A stretch of DNA of 63,849 nt, filler included, from Reticulomyxa filosa (lineage: Eukaryota; Protista; Foraminifera): the NCBI GenBank assembly GCA_000512085.1. It is 27 parts of 27 records of this genome, joined end to end, with 100 filler letters (N's around TTAATTAATTAA, not from the genome) between each part and the next. Parts side by side here need not be neighbours in the genome. Positions count along the whole stretch, not along the records: positions 38,020 to 40,692 come from ASPP01026754.1; positions 40,793 to 42,257 come from ASPP01018109.1; positions 42,358 to 44,104 come from ASPP01007170.1; positions 44,205 to 45,334 come from ASPP01011873.1; positions 45,435 to 46,920 come from ASPP01035199.1; positions 47,021 to 48,127 come from ASPP01001058.1; positions 48,228 to 50,230 come from ASPP01000098.1; 20 more parts are not named here. One strand, given 5' to 3'. Positions within the stretch are counted from its first letter, which is position 1. Every line of letters starts with the position of its first letter. This document shows, piece after piece, positions 38,205-48,726 of this stretch. The notes below the pieces were generated by a model, which ran no database searches, was not told where the DNA came from, and worked only from the letters and a program-made list of their open reading frames with translations. The position numbers and the translations under genes were made by a program.

Positions 38205-39879
38205 ATGAAAGGTTCCAATGTGTATACGTGGCTCAAGGAGATGGCAAATACATTGGATACGTATTACGAAATGGAAATGTGGGTTCATCGTCTGCAGAGT
38301 GTTTTAATCGAAGCGAGGGAACGCACTTTTTTGCATTGTTTTCATTCTTTTTCATGATCTTTTTCTGGTTTACATCAACAATTATAATGGTATATAATGA
38401 CGCTGAAGTGCGACATCTGCGATCGGACCATCTTGACATTCGCTATCCTTTGGCTTTTTATGTTATTTTGCAACTGTTGCAATCCTTATTTGTAGTCACA
38501 GCAATGTTATATTCCGTCAATCATATGAGTGGTTCATTGGGATGGTGTTTAGTATTTTGTATTTTAATGTGGTTATGGCATTTCTTGTATCCTATATTTT
38601 CCAAATGGGCGACTACCGGTGCAAGACCAGATCCCAATCGTATTTATTCTTGCAGCTCGATCCCTCACTTTGTTGTTTTCCGATTGACTATGTATACCTT
38701 GCTTTTCTTTGTCACTGCAGTTCTTTGTGGATATTCCAATAACTCACACCTCTGGGGAACTCAACAGTTAGTTTGTTTTTTTTAAAATATATATATATAT
38801 ATATTTGTTGTTTGTAAAGCTAATCACATTTGGTCATTGTGACAACAAACAAACAAAAGAATTGGAAATTTGATTCTATTCGGCGGATTAATAATATTGT
38901 TGATCGGATTGATAATTGGACTAATTGTTCGCAAAGTAGCAATGAAACGTCATATCAAACGTATTCGTGAATCTGAGTTGACTCCGGCCTTAAATTCGTT
39001 AATGGAACTGTATGAAAACTCATCGAAGAAAGGGGCCTTAGGCAGTTGGTATGAGAGTGTTGGAAGGACTAAAATTGAGCAGTTGATGGATGAAAATTAT
39101 TATTCGAGTGATTTGGCCTCTCCTCAATCTTTGGTTTATCTATTGATCGAATTTGAGCGACATGTTGTCTTTGAGCGATTGGACCCTTCATTTTTAAATG
39201 AGCGAAATGATTGGATTGCCAATTTGCTGGAATGTCAACGTTTTGAAGATATCATTGTTTTCATTCGCAAATTGTCTTCAGCCATTCGAGAGCCACCATT
39301 TTTCACTTTGGCCATTAAGTTTGGTTTTTTCTTTCCCTTCCTCCTTTTCTTTTTAAAAAAAAGACTAATTCTTGTTGTTGGAAAACAGAGCGCTTTCAGA
39401 AGAATCAATGTTTAGTGAGGCTCCATTATCTTTATGCTTTTTGGTGATGGAATTTGTTACGGATGTAAGCAATGTCGCCGAATTATGTTCCACTGTGCTG
39501 CTGCACGACTCCAAATTGCCCGTTTTTGACCCGTTTCAGTCTCAGAAATTGATTCAAAAAATACTTTCTTTTAGTGACTCTACAAAATCCTTGGTCACTG
39601 ATTTTGCCGAGCAATTGGAGGACTTGACAAAACCTGCAAACAAGATAAGAACGAACAAAAAATGCAAGAAGAAGAACAAAAAGGAGAGAACACGCAAATG
39701 AAACAAAGAGAAGGTCGAAATGACACTGCTCTCTCTCCACAATCATATCAAGCCCCACAATTACTTTTCAATGGAACTGCTACAAGCCCTCTTATTCCTG
39801 GCGTATCATCTAATCAGGGCTACAATGAAACAGACTTTGTTGACACCGCTAACCCTCTTACGATACTCGAATTTGAATA
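38205..39879 (+). CDS. Multi-exon membrane protein (5-6 TM plus cytoplasmic tail), apparent frameshifts
   Basis: Successive same-strand ORFs 38228-38785 (hydrophobic), 38870-39415 and 39372-39880 with GT..AG introns. Family not recognised. Confidence 0.5.
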
Positions 39880-40792
39880 AGTAAGCTCGTGCAAATGTAT
39901 TTGAATGCGATTTGCAAAAGTAGATAATTAGATTTCGTTTTTTAGTTTTTGTTTTGATTTTCGTTTGTTTTTGTGAAAAAGACATACGCTCGAGTATTTT
40001 TAATTATTTTTGTCATGTTTTCGTTTGTTAAATATTTTTAATTATTTCTGTCGACAGTAAACATTCAAAAATTATTTCCATCAATTGTTGGAAATTTTTT
40101 TGGACAACTTCAATATTTTAAACAGTTGCAATACCATTAAAAATGCAATGTCTTTTCATTGATTAAAAAAAAGAATAAAATAATCGAAAAGAGAAGATTT
40201 TTTCTTAAAAAAAATTGAAGTACGATTGCAAATGTTACAGAAATACGAACAACAAAGGCATTTGTTTCTTTTGCGAAAGTATGGAACTTTTGTATAGCTA
40301 TGTTTCCAAATGCATTTGCAACGAATAAAAAAAAGCATAATCACTTAGAAAGTAAGAAAGATTGTTCTGAAAACACACTGTCTGAACAAAAACAATCATT
40401 TAAACACAATAATACGTCCGACAAATGCGAAATGTAAATTTTGGTAAAAATACTAAGTCAAATTTTGCGACTTTGGCACATCTTTGAATATTTCGACAAT
40501 TGAATTCCAGCTTGATGCTTGTTACTTCAACTATTTTTTATCCAACAACACAATTTATTTTATCTAATCTCAAGCAAAAAAAAAAAAAACAATTTCTAAA
40601 AACTCATATCGTTGATTTACTTGGTTCATAATGTTGTCAATGAAAAACGATCATCATTTAAAAAAGTTTCCATATCAAATTTGGAAAAGACCNNNNNNNN
40701 NNNNNNNNNNNNNNNNNNNNNNNNNNNNNNNNNNNNTTAATTAATTAANNNNNNNNNNNNNNNNNNNNNNNNNNNNNNNNNNNNNNNNNNNN

Positions 40793-41910
40793 TTATCAAC
40801 TCTAAATTCTTGAGTCATTGTCCATTAGAGTAATACAAAACTAAAAATCATATAATCCAACCAAGTGGCATTTTGGAAAGAGGAACACTTGGACAACTCA
40901 AATATACTTTTTAGTTTCTATAAATTTTAATACAATTTCACATAAGTCAATTTTCAGTTATAACTCACTTAAGGTCGAGTAACATAGTCAAAACTGATTG
41001 CGGTCTAACTTTTTACCACACCGAGCTTTTTTCACCGGAATTTCACAAATGTGTTTGCAATATATTGGTCTATCATCCCTGAATTGGTTTGGTAGTTTTA
41101 CGGTTTTTTACATATTTTAATGTCGTTATCAATACTTAGGTCCTTTTATACCCCTTAATTCTCCCTTCATCCCCCATTACAGTACTCCAAGGCTAAACAT
41201 CACATAACCCAACCAAGTGGCGTAAAAAAAAGAAGAGCATTTGGGCAACTCAAATATATATATAAGTTTGTATAATTATTAATACAATTTCATTATCAGT
41301 CAATTTACATTTATACTTAATTAAGGCCATTACAGTCCAATAAAAACTGATTGCGGTCCAACTCTGCGCCAAATCAATATTTTTTCACCGGAATTTCACC
41401 CCTGTGTTTGCAATTCATTTATCTATCGTCCCAGATTGGTTTTGTAATTTCGAATTTTTCAAATTTGTATTCATTTTTTTTTATCAACTCTAAATTCTTG
41501 AGTCATTGTTCATTACAGTAATACAAAACAAAACATCACATAATCCAACCAAGTGGCATTTTTGAAAGAGGAACACTTGGACTACTCAAATATACTTTTT
41601 AGTTTCTATCAATTTTAATACAATTTCACCATAAGTCCATTTTCAGTTATACTCACGTAAGGTCGAGTAACATAGCCAAAACTGATTGCGGTCTAACTTT
41701 TTACCACACCGAGATTTTTTCACCGGAATTTCACAAATGTGTTTGCAATATATTGGTCTATCATCCCAGATTGGTTTGGTTATTTTATGTTTTTTTACGT
41801 ATTTTAATGTTGTTATCAATACTTAGGTCCTTTTATACCCCGTAATTCTTCCTTCATCCCCCATTACAGTACTCCAAGGCTAAACATCACACAACCCAAC
41901 CAAGTGGCGT
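40793..41910. repeat. Tandem array of ~335-353-bp boxed units (A-B-A'), 688-bp higher-order period
   Basis: CAACCAAGTGGC at 40858, 41210, 41546 and 41897. TTTCACCGGAATTTCAC at 41030, 41383 and 41718. 40793-41220 is nearly identical to 41481-41910. Confidence 0.92.
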
Positions 41911-41915
41911 AAAAA

Positions 41916-42029
41916 AAAAAAAAGCAAATGAAGACAAAATCAAAAAGAAAGGATTGAATTGGGCGGCGCCTGAGGCGCCGCCTTATTCAATCCTTTCTTT
42001 TTCGATTTTCCCTTCATTTGCTTTTTTTT
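41916..42029. repeat. Long imperfect palindrome (~56-bp arms, GGCGGCGCC-TGA-GGCGCCGCC core) capping the array
   Basis: Left arm AAAAAAAAGCAAATGAAGACAAAATCAAAAAGAAAGGATTGAATTGGGCGGCGCC versus reverse complement of the right arm AAAAAAAAGCAAATGAAGGGAAAATCGAAAAAGAAAGGATTGAATAAGGCGGCGCC. Confidence 0.92.
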
Positions 42030-42384
42030 AAAATCTTGGCAATGTTCGAAGTTTTGAATTGTCATTTTTTTAAACTGATTGTGCTATTTTTAGCGCAAAT
42101 AGTATTTTGTTTTATTCATTTTTATAATATATTGCCCTTTTTTGACTTTAATATGAGACAATGAAATTATGTTCAAATTGTATTTAAATCAAATTCATTA
42201 GTTTTATTTTTTAAATATGCGATAGATAGAAACCTTTTTTTTATTAATTGTTGAGTANNNNNNNNNNNNNNNNNNNNNNNNNNNNNNNNNNNNNNNNNNN
42301 NTTAATTAATTAANNNNNNNNNNNNNNNNNNNNNNNNNNNNNNNNNNNNNNNNNNNNAAAAAAAAAAAAAAACAAAAAAAAAAC

Positions 42385-43012
42385 TGTATGATTGAGACCG
42401 AAAATGCTCCAATTGTTTATGTCTTTGCTGGTAAAAAACGGCAAAATAGTGCTGCAAGGATTCGAGAATCAGCACCAATTGCTTTCGTTTATTGTAAGCA
42501 AAAATGCCAGAGTTAACGGATGCCATGTACAACACTGTGCTTAGTGCACATGCGAATCCACTACAAATCATAGACACTACATACAGACGATATATGTGGC
42601 TTTTGTATGCGTAGGCCACATACAATTCAATCACTGCCAACACAATGCAACATATGCAGCTCACAAATATTCGAATGTTTGGCGTAAATAGTCCTCCTGT
42701 GTCCACAAAATCACTGTGCAACGCATTCACGTTTTGCTTCGCAGACGTTGACTTCTTCTTAAATAATAATGCGTTCCCAAATTGCAATGGTGCCAACACA
42801 AAGGTGCAAAATGTAAACGAAATCAAAATATACGCCAAAAATAACAAAATCGGATATTTTTCCAAGTTTGATTGGCAAAGCCAAGTCAAGTACACCACCG
42901 GACCCGTTATTGCTACCAAATTACACACCGATATTGCGCGTGACCGAACACAGTCATCCATATAATCCATGCATTTTAGCAAAGGTCGAAATAAACTGCT
43001 CCATCCTGCCAT
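42385..43012 (-). CDS. Hypothetical 4-TM membrane protein, first exon
   Basis: ATG-initiated ORF with four hydrophobic segments, ending in a T-rich intron at the contig end. Confidence 0.55.
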
Positions 43013-43415
43013 CAGAACAGATTAATGGTCCCGACCGTTTACCAAAAAAAACACATTGTACAAAAAAAGATTCGATATTAATGGATGATCAGCACTAATA
43101 ATTAATTAACTTTGCAAACCGTTACAAACAATATTTAAGAAAAAAATAAGATTCACAAGAAGCAAGTTTTTAAAATGATTGGCATTGTTTTATGAATCGA
43201 TTGAATCGGCAATTGAGCAAATTTAAATGTGGTTTCTCCATTTTGTTGTGCTTTTTTTTAATTAGTGTTTTCAGCGAATTTCGTTGTTGGATAACTTTTA
43301 CGTAACTTGTCATATTAAACTGTAGAGCCAAAAGAGACGTTTGTCAAGAGGTAAAAAAAGCTCCATCAATATTGCATTAACTATATCAGTGTGTAAACGT
43401 GCCGTCCGAGATTTT

Positions 43416-43990
43416 GATGTATCTTTCAAAATTAGATTTTTTGGGTGATTCTGACAGCGAATCGGACGAAAATGATCACATTACACTCTCTCCAAGTAAC
43501 CAAAGTCCACGGTCTTTAAGTCTGCACATTAGCGGGATTTCAAAGCCAGCACTACCAACTTTTTCGATGAAATTTTGTTTTTCAAAAAACGAAAAAACCG
43601 AAAATGATGAAATGACGAAAAGCCTCGAATCTAACGCTTCGAACAAAGTGAGCGGTGTTAATGGAGCAAATGTCGACGTGACGACCCCGTCGACAGTGGC
43701 ATCCAATTGTTCCAACGTGGTGATACTGGCTAACTCAGAGCCAAGGAAGCCACACAATGACGATTCAAATGAGGCAAAGTCATGTGGCCTGACTCTGTCG
43801 GTGACAACAGTCTGCGAGCAAGTCCCGGCGACTAATGACAACAGCTATCAAATACTAAAGCCGATTCATGGCCGAACAAAATACGACAGCAAAGATGAAA
43901 CAATCGATCACGTTCAAACCAATTGCTGTCAAGTCTATCAAGTTTGTGACAAAGAGGAAGTGCCATACGCAATGAAGGTTATTCCAGTTT
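43416..43990 (+). CDS. Probable protein kinase, first exon (disordered N-terminus plus start of the N-lobe)
   Basis: YQILKPI..CQVYQVCDKEEVPYAMKVIP resembles kinase subdomains I-II (AxK). The Gly loop is atypical and the rest is lost at the contig end. Confidence 0.4.
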
Positions 43991-44035
43991 AGTAGGTAGT
44001 ATGTACCAAGAGAGGTGCATTTTTTTTGCACAATT

Positions 44036-44036
<1 letters not shown>

Positions 44037-44103
<67 letters not shown>

Positions 44104-44104
44104 A
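44037..44104. repeat. (TAAA)n microsatellite
   Basis: About 17 perfect tandem TAAA units. Confidence 0.95.
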
Positions 44105-44204
44105 NNNNNNNNNNNNNNNNNNNNNNNNNNNNNNNNNNNNNNNNNNNNTTAATTAATTAANNNNNNNNNNNNNNNNNNNNNNNNNNNNNNNNNNNNNNNN
44201 NNNN

Positions 44205-44456
44205 CACATTACGCTCAGGTCATTGACGAACTGGTAGCCGCGTTCTGGCAAGTGCTTCCAGTCTTGAAGCTGATGTGCGCGCTAATCTTGCAAACGGTGG
44301 CAACATTGCTGCCGCAGTTGTGGTGGGCAAGGCAATCGCTGAAAAGCCAAGGCTGCAGGCGTTAGTCAAGTTGCATTTGATCGTTCCGGCTTCAAATACC
44401 ATGGTCGCATCAAGGCCCTGGCAGACGCTGCCCGTGAAAACGGTCTTGTATTCTAA
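44205..44456 (+). CDS. rplR: 50S ribosomal protein L18, 5'-partial with frameshift errors (betaproteobacterial)
   Basis: [66 protein letters not shown]. Directly upstream of rpsE. Confidence 0.9.
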
Positions 44457-44468
44457 TCGGAGTTAAGA

Positions 44469-44986
44469 ATGGCTAAGCACGAGATCGAAGATCGTGGCGA
44501 TGGTCTGATCGAGAAAATGATCGGCGTAAACCGTGTCACCAAAGTGGTGAAGGGTGGCCGTATCATGGCCTTCTCGGCTCTGACTGTCGTAGGTGATGGC
44601 GACGGTGGTATCGGCATGGGTAAGGGCCGTTCCAAGAAGTTCCTGCCGCTGTACAGAAGGGCATGGAACAGGCTCGTCGCAACATGATCAAAGTACCGCT
44701 GAAAAACGGTACCCTGCATCATGCAGTTGTAGGCAAGCACGGTGCTACCACCGTGTTCATGCAGCCCGCTAAAGACGGTGCCGGTGTTAAAGCCGGTGGT
44801 CCGATGCGTGCAATTTTCGAAGCGCTGGGCGTACACAACGTGTCCGCCAAGATCCACGGTTCCACCAACCCGTACAACGTGGTTCGTGCAACTCTGGACG
44901 GCCTGAGCAAGATCCATACTCCGGCCCAGATCGCTGCTAAGCGTGGTCTGACCGTGGAGCAAATCCTGGGGGCGGATCATGAGTGA
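44469..44986 (+). CDS. rpsE: 30S ribosomal protein S5 (single-base frameshift near 44635)
   Basis: [36 protein letters not shown] / [21 protein letters not shown]. spc operon order. Confidence 0.95.
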
Positions 44987-45164
44987 TATCAAAACCATCA
45001 AAGTGACTCTGGTGAAGAGCCTGATTGGTCGTATTGAATCGCACAAGGCTTGCGCACGTGGTCTCGGTCTGAAGAAAATCAATCAGACCGTTGAAGTTAT
45101 CGACACTGCAGCTAACCGTGGCATGATCAACAAGATCAGCTACCTGGTTAAGAGCGAGGGCTGA
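44979..45164 (+). CDS. rpmD: 50S ribosomal protein L30
   Basis: [47 protein letters not shown]. Lies between rpsE and rplO. Confidence 0.96.
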   Translation: MSDIKTIKVTLVKSLIGRIESHKACARGLGLKKINQTVEVIDTAANRGMINKISYLVKSEG

Positions 45165-45167
45165 TAA

Positions 45168-45334
45168 ATGTTGCTGAATACCATTAAGCCGGGCGCAGGT
45201 GCCAAGCACGCTAAGCGTCGCGTTGGCCGTGGCATCGGTAGCGGCCTGGGTAAAACCGCTGGTCGTGGTCACAAAGGTCAGAAGAGCCGCGCTGGTGGCT
45301 TCCATAAAGTAGGCTTCGAAGGCGGTCAAATGCC
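45168..45334 (+). CDS. rplO: 50S ribosomal protein L15, 3'-partial
   Basis: [34 protein letters not shown]. Confidence 0.96.
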
Positions 45335-45434
45335 NNNNNNNNNNNNNNNNNNNNNNNNNNNNNNNNNNNNNNNNNNNNTTAATTAATTAANNNNNNNNNN
45401 NNNNNNNNNNNNNNNNNNNNNNNNNNNNNNNNNN

Positions 45435-45840
45435 ATGATTATGATAATGATATGATGAAAATTTCACACAAAACACACGGCTTAAATGTCCATTGAATGA
45501 TTGAACTTGTTTGTTTTTGTCAATATCCCATACACGAACTGTTTTATCACCTGATCCAGAACAAATGAATTGACAATAATCAAATGTTGAATAATCAATA
45601 CTATGCACCATATTAGTATGTCCAGTGAATGTATTGATTACTTTGGATGATGAACGAAATGTGTCAAACATGAAGAAGTTAGATGCCTATATAAATAAAT
45701 AATTATTTTGATTGATAAAATGAAAAGAAACAAATGGACTAACATAATGGACAACGAGTTTATCAAAATCTTTGATCCATCCTAGTTTAATGTTTAATGT
45801 TCGAATCCAATGATGAATAATTATTTGGATCTCTTCTTCT
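45435..45840 (-). CDS. WD40-repeat protein, N-terminal exons, partial
   Basis: IIIHHWIRTLNIKLGWIKDFDKLVVHY exon, then FDTFRSSSKVINTFTGHTNMVHSIDYS..DKTVRVWD. Paralogue of 3168-4526. Confidence 0.85.
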
Positions 45841-47020
45841 GACTTTTTCAATTACAGATTACAACGATAAGTAAAATAAAGAGTAAAAATTTAAAGACAA
45901 GCTGGACTCAACTTTGATTGATAAGTTTAAGTTCATTCTCGTAACTTTTTAAGTTTTCTCTTAAGATAATATTTGATGATGCAAGATGCTTGAACTTTTG
46001 TTGATAAAAGGAAAAACTGAACTAAGGTGTACACAAGAAACATTTTGAAATGAAAGATAAATGTTACAATTTGTGCATCACAATAATCAGTAACAACAAT
46101 TCTACAATGCAAAAATCTTCATTGAAGGGCAATATAATTTTACTTATTCTGTAAATTTTTTATTAGCTGAAATGCCTTTCTTTGAGCAATCAATTGTTCA
46201 AAAACAGAATAAATTGTAAGATAAGCATTGATATTTATGATTATTCATTTAATGTAATAATTTTTATATTTGATTGAAAATAGCTGTTAGACATTACACA
46301 CTTGTCTTCTTGTGATCAAGGTAATTAATTTAATCTATCGGATATTCCAAATATGTGAGACTTAGAAACAAAAATAACTTAACGCAAAATAAAAAACAAC
46401 AAAAGTCTAAATGAATCATTTGGACTTGACAACCTTTGTCATGCAATTACTCAACAATGAAAAATCGAATTCAAAAACAATTTGGTTATATTACCTGTTT
46501 TCAAATCTAAAAGCTGTTAAATAATTTTTTTGTTCAAGTCTCCTAAGATGATACCTCACATTTTGCTTCAAAGAACTTTATTTAATGTAAGAAAAATGGC
46601 GGAAAGTAAAGTGAATACAATTCCATTTTACAATGTTTTTTTGAAAAGCAATCAATTGCTCACTGATTGAACTTGTTGTTTCTTAATTGTACAAATGATA
46701 GTTTTGAAAATCAAATTTATTCAAGTAATGTAAAAGCAACCATTCATATCTCCGAATTGGTTTTTTGTTCAATGCTGTCTAAAGCCAGTTATAGTAATCA
46801 AGAAACTGAAATTATTCTAAACAATCAATGTCTTTACGCAAGAACATAATATAAAAATGATTAAAATTACCCTCGGCAGAGTGCACATTTTCTTTAGACA
46901 AGGGACACAAGATTTTTGAANNNNNNNNNNNNNNNNNNNNNNNNNNNNNNNNNNNNNNNNNNNNTTAATTAATTAANNNNNNNNNNNNNNNNNNNNNNNN
47001 NNNNNNNNNNNNNNNNNNNN

Positions 47021-47488
47021 ATTCGAATATGGGATATTGAAACAGCAAAACAATTGAATGTATTCAATGGACATGAACATCTCATTACTAGCGTAAAATA
47101 TGGATCAAATGAATTATTAAATATAATATTATCTGGATCATCTGATAAAAGTGTTCGTTTGTGGGATATCCGATCTGGCCAACAAATCCAAGTGTTTAAT
47201 GGACACACAAATACTGTATGGTGTGTTGAATATTCACCATTTGTAATAAAGAATATTAGTGGTAATTCGAATGTGATATGTTCTGGATCAAGTGATAATA
47301 CAATTCGATTTTGGGATAATCGATCAAATAAGAATGAATTGTATATGATAAAAGGAGATAATAAAGAAGATAATGGGATATGTTGTCTTAAATATATTTT
47401 ATTGAAAAAGAAAGGGAAAACAAATGTTACATATAATTTGAATTTGTGTTATGGTTCTTTGAAAGGTCCCATTCGTATTTGGGGATAA
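47021..47488 (+). CDS. WD40-repeat protein, C-terminal fragment
   Basis: GHEHLITSVKY..DKSVRLWDIRSG..DNTIRFWD..LCYGSLKGPIRIWG*. Confidence 0.88.
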   Translation: MRIWDIETAKQLNVFNGHEHLITSVKYGSNELLNIILSGSSDKSVRLWDIRSGQQIQVFNGHTNTVWCVEYSPFVIKNISGNSNVICSGSSDNTIRFWDNRSNKNELYMIKGDNKEDNGICCLKYILLKKKGKTNVTYNLNLCYGSLKGPIRIWG

Positions 47489-48656
47489 TTTACTTTTTTG
47501 TCGAATAAGAAACGAAAGTGTTTTTGTTTGAAAAGTTTGATTAAAATGAAAGTAAGATTATATTAAACTTGTTTGGTTTGATTGATTGCAAGCATTAAAA
47601 GATATTTTTGTCTTACTTTGTTGTTTAAAAAAATTGAAAAAGCTGCATTCAATGTTTTTTTAAAGAATTGAAAAGCATATAAGACTTTTATCAAATATTA
47701 AAATAAGTTGCAAAATATTTTAAGTATTGTGTTTTCTTCACTACTAATTTTTTTAATTGGTTTTTTTAATATCTATTTGCTGTTGTTTTTGTATGGTATC
47801 GAACATTCAAAACAGGATAAAATAAAAAGAACAGCATTGGGCGTTATCAAAAACAACATTTTCTCCTGAAGCAGGATATGAATGATCAATATTCAAAAGA
47901 ATGCAATCAGATAAAGATCCTTTTAATCTCAGGAATAGTTCATCTTAAGATATCTCCTGAGCTGTGGCTGTATGTAAAGCGAATAAATCTCCTTTTATCA
48001 CCTCATTGGATCTTCTTGAATTTTTTTGTGCTTATACGTAGAATGCAAAATAAAGTCGACACCTAAAACAACAATTTATAGATTGATTGATTTTTTACAT
48101 GAAAAAACAACATTCAGACCTAATTTTNNNNNNNNNNNNNNNNNNNNNNNNNNNNNNNNNNNNNNNNNNNNTTAATTAATTAANNNNNNNNNNNNNNNNN
48201 NNNNNNNNNNNNNNNNNNNNNNNNNNNCCCCAGTGGGCTAAAACTCATCAACTAACTTCACTTAATCTTTTGTTTTATTTTCTTCTTTTGTTGAGCCATT
48301 CATCTTTCTTTTATTTAATTCACTTTTGTTTTACCGAACACTAGTTTCCTGATTAAAACCCTTTTCGTATTACATTTAGTATACCTCTTCCAGCTGACGT
48401 CCCACAAATAAATGAAAATATTTAAAGTTGAAGAAAATGAAAAATTGAAAATTATAAAAGATATAAATTATTAAAATTGACAAAGAAAAATTCAAATTCA
48501 AATTTGAAAAAATTGAAATGAAATGAAATATATTAAAAATGAAAATTTAGTATAACTGTTATGTAAAGCTATCAATACGAAAAGTCTGTTAGTGATAAAA
48601 TACATTTGTTACAATCAACATAAATATTATTAATCTTTAATCTTATTCAAATACTA

Positions 48657-48726
48657 CAGTAGGTTGCAAAGAAAACTGAACGCATAAGATATGTTTTATG
48701 CGTTCAGTTTTCTTTGCAACATACTG
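48657..48726. mobile_element. 70-bp Tc1/mariner-type MITE (31-bp TIRs, TA target-site duplication)
   Basis: TA|CAGTAGGTTGCAAAGAAAACTGAACGCATAA-gatatgtt-TTATGCGTTCAGTTTTCTTTGCAACATACTG|TA. CAGT termini plus a TA TSD are typical of Tc1/pogo. Confidence 0.8.

Noticed and set aside
40793-42029. CRISPR array
   Set aside because: The period is ~340-350 bp rather than 60-75 bp, the inter-box sequence is homologous between units, there are no cas genes, and the context is eukaryotic.
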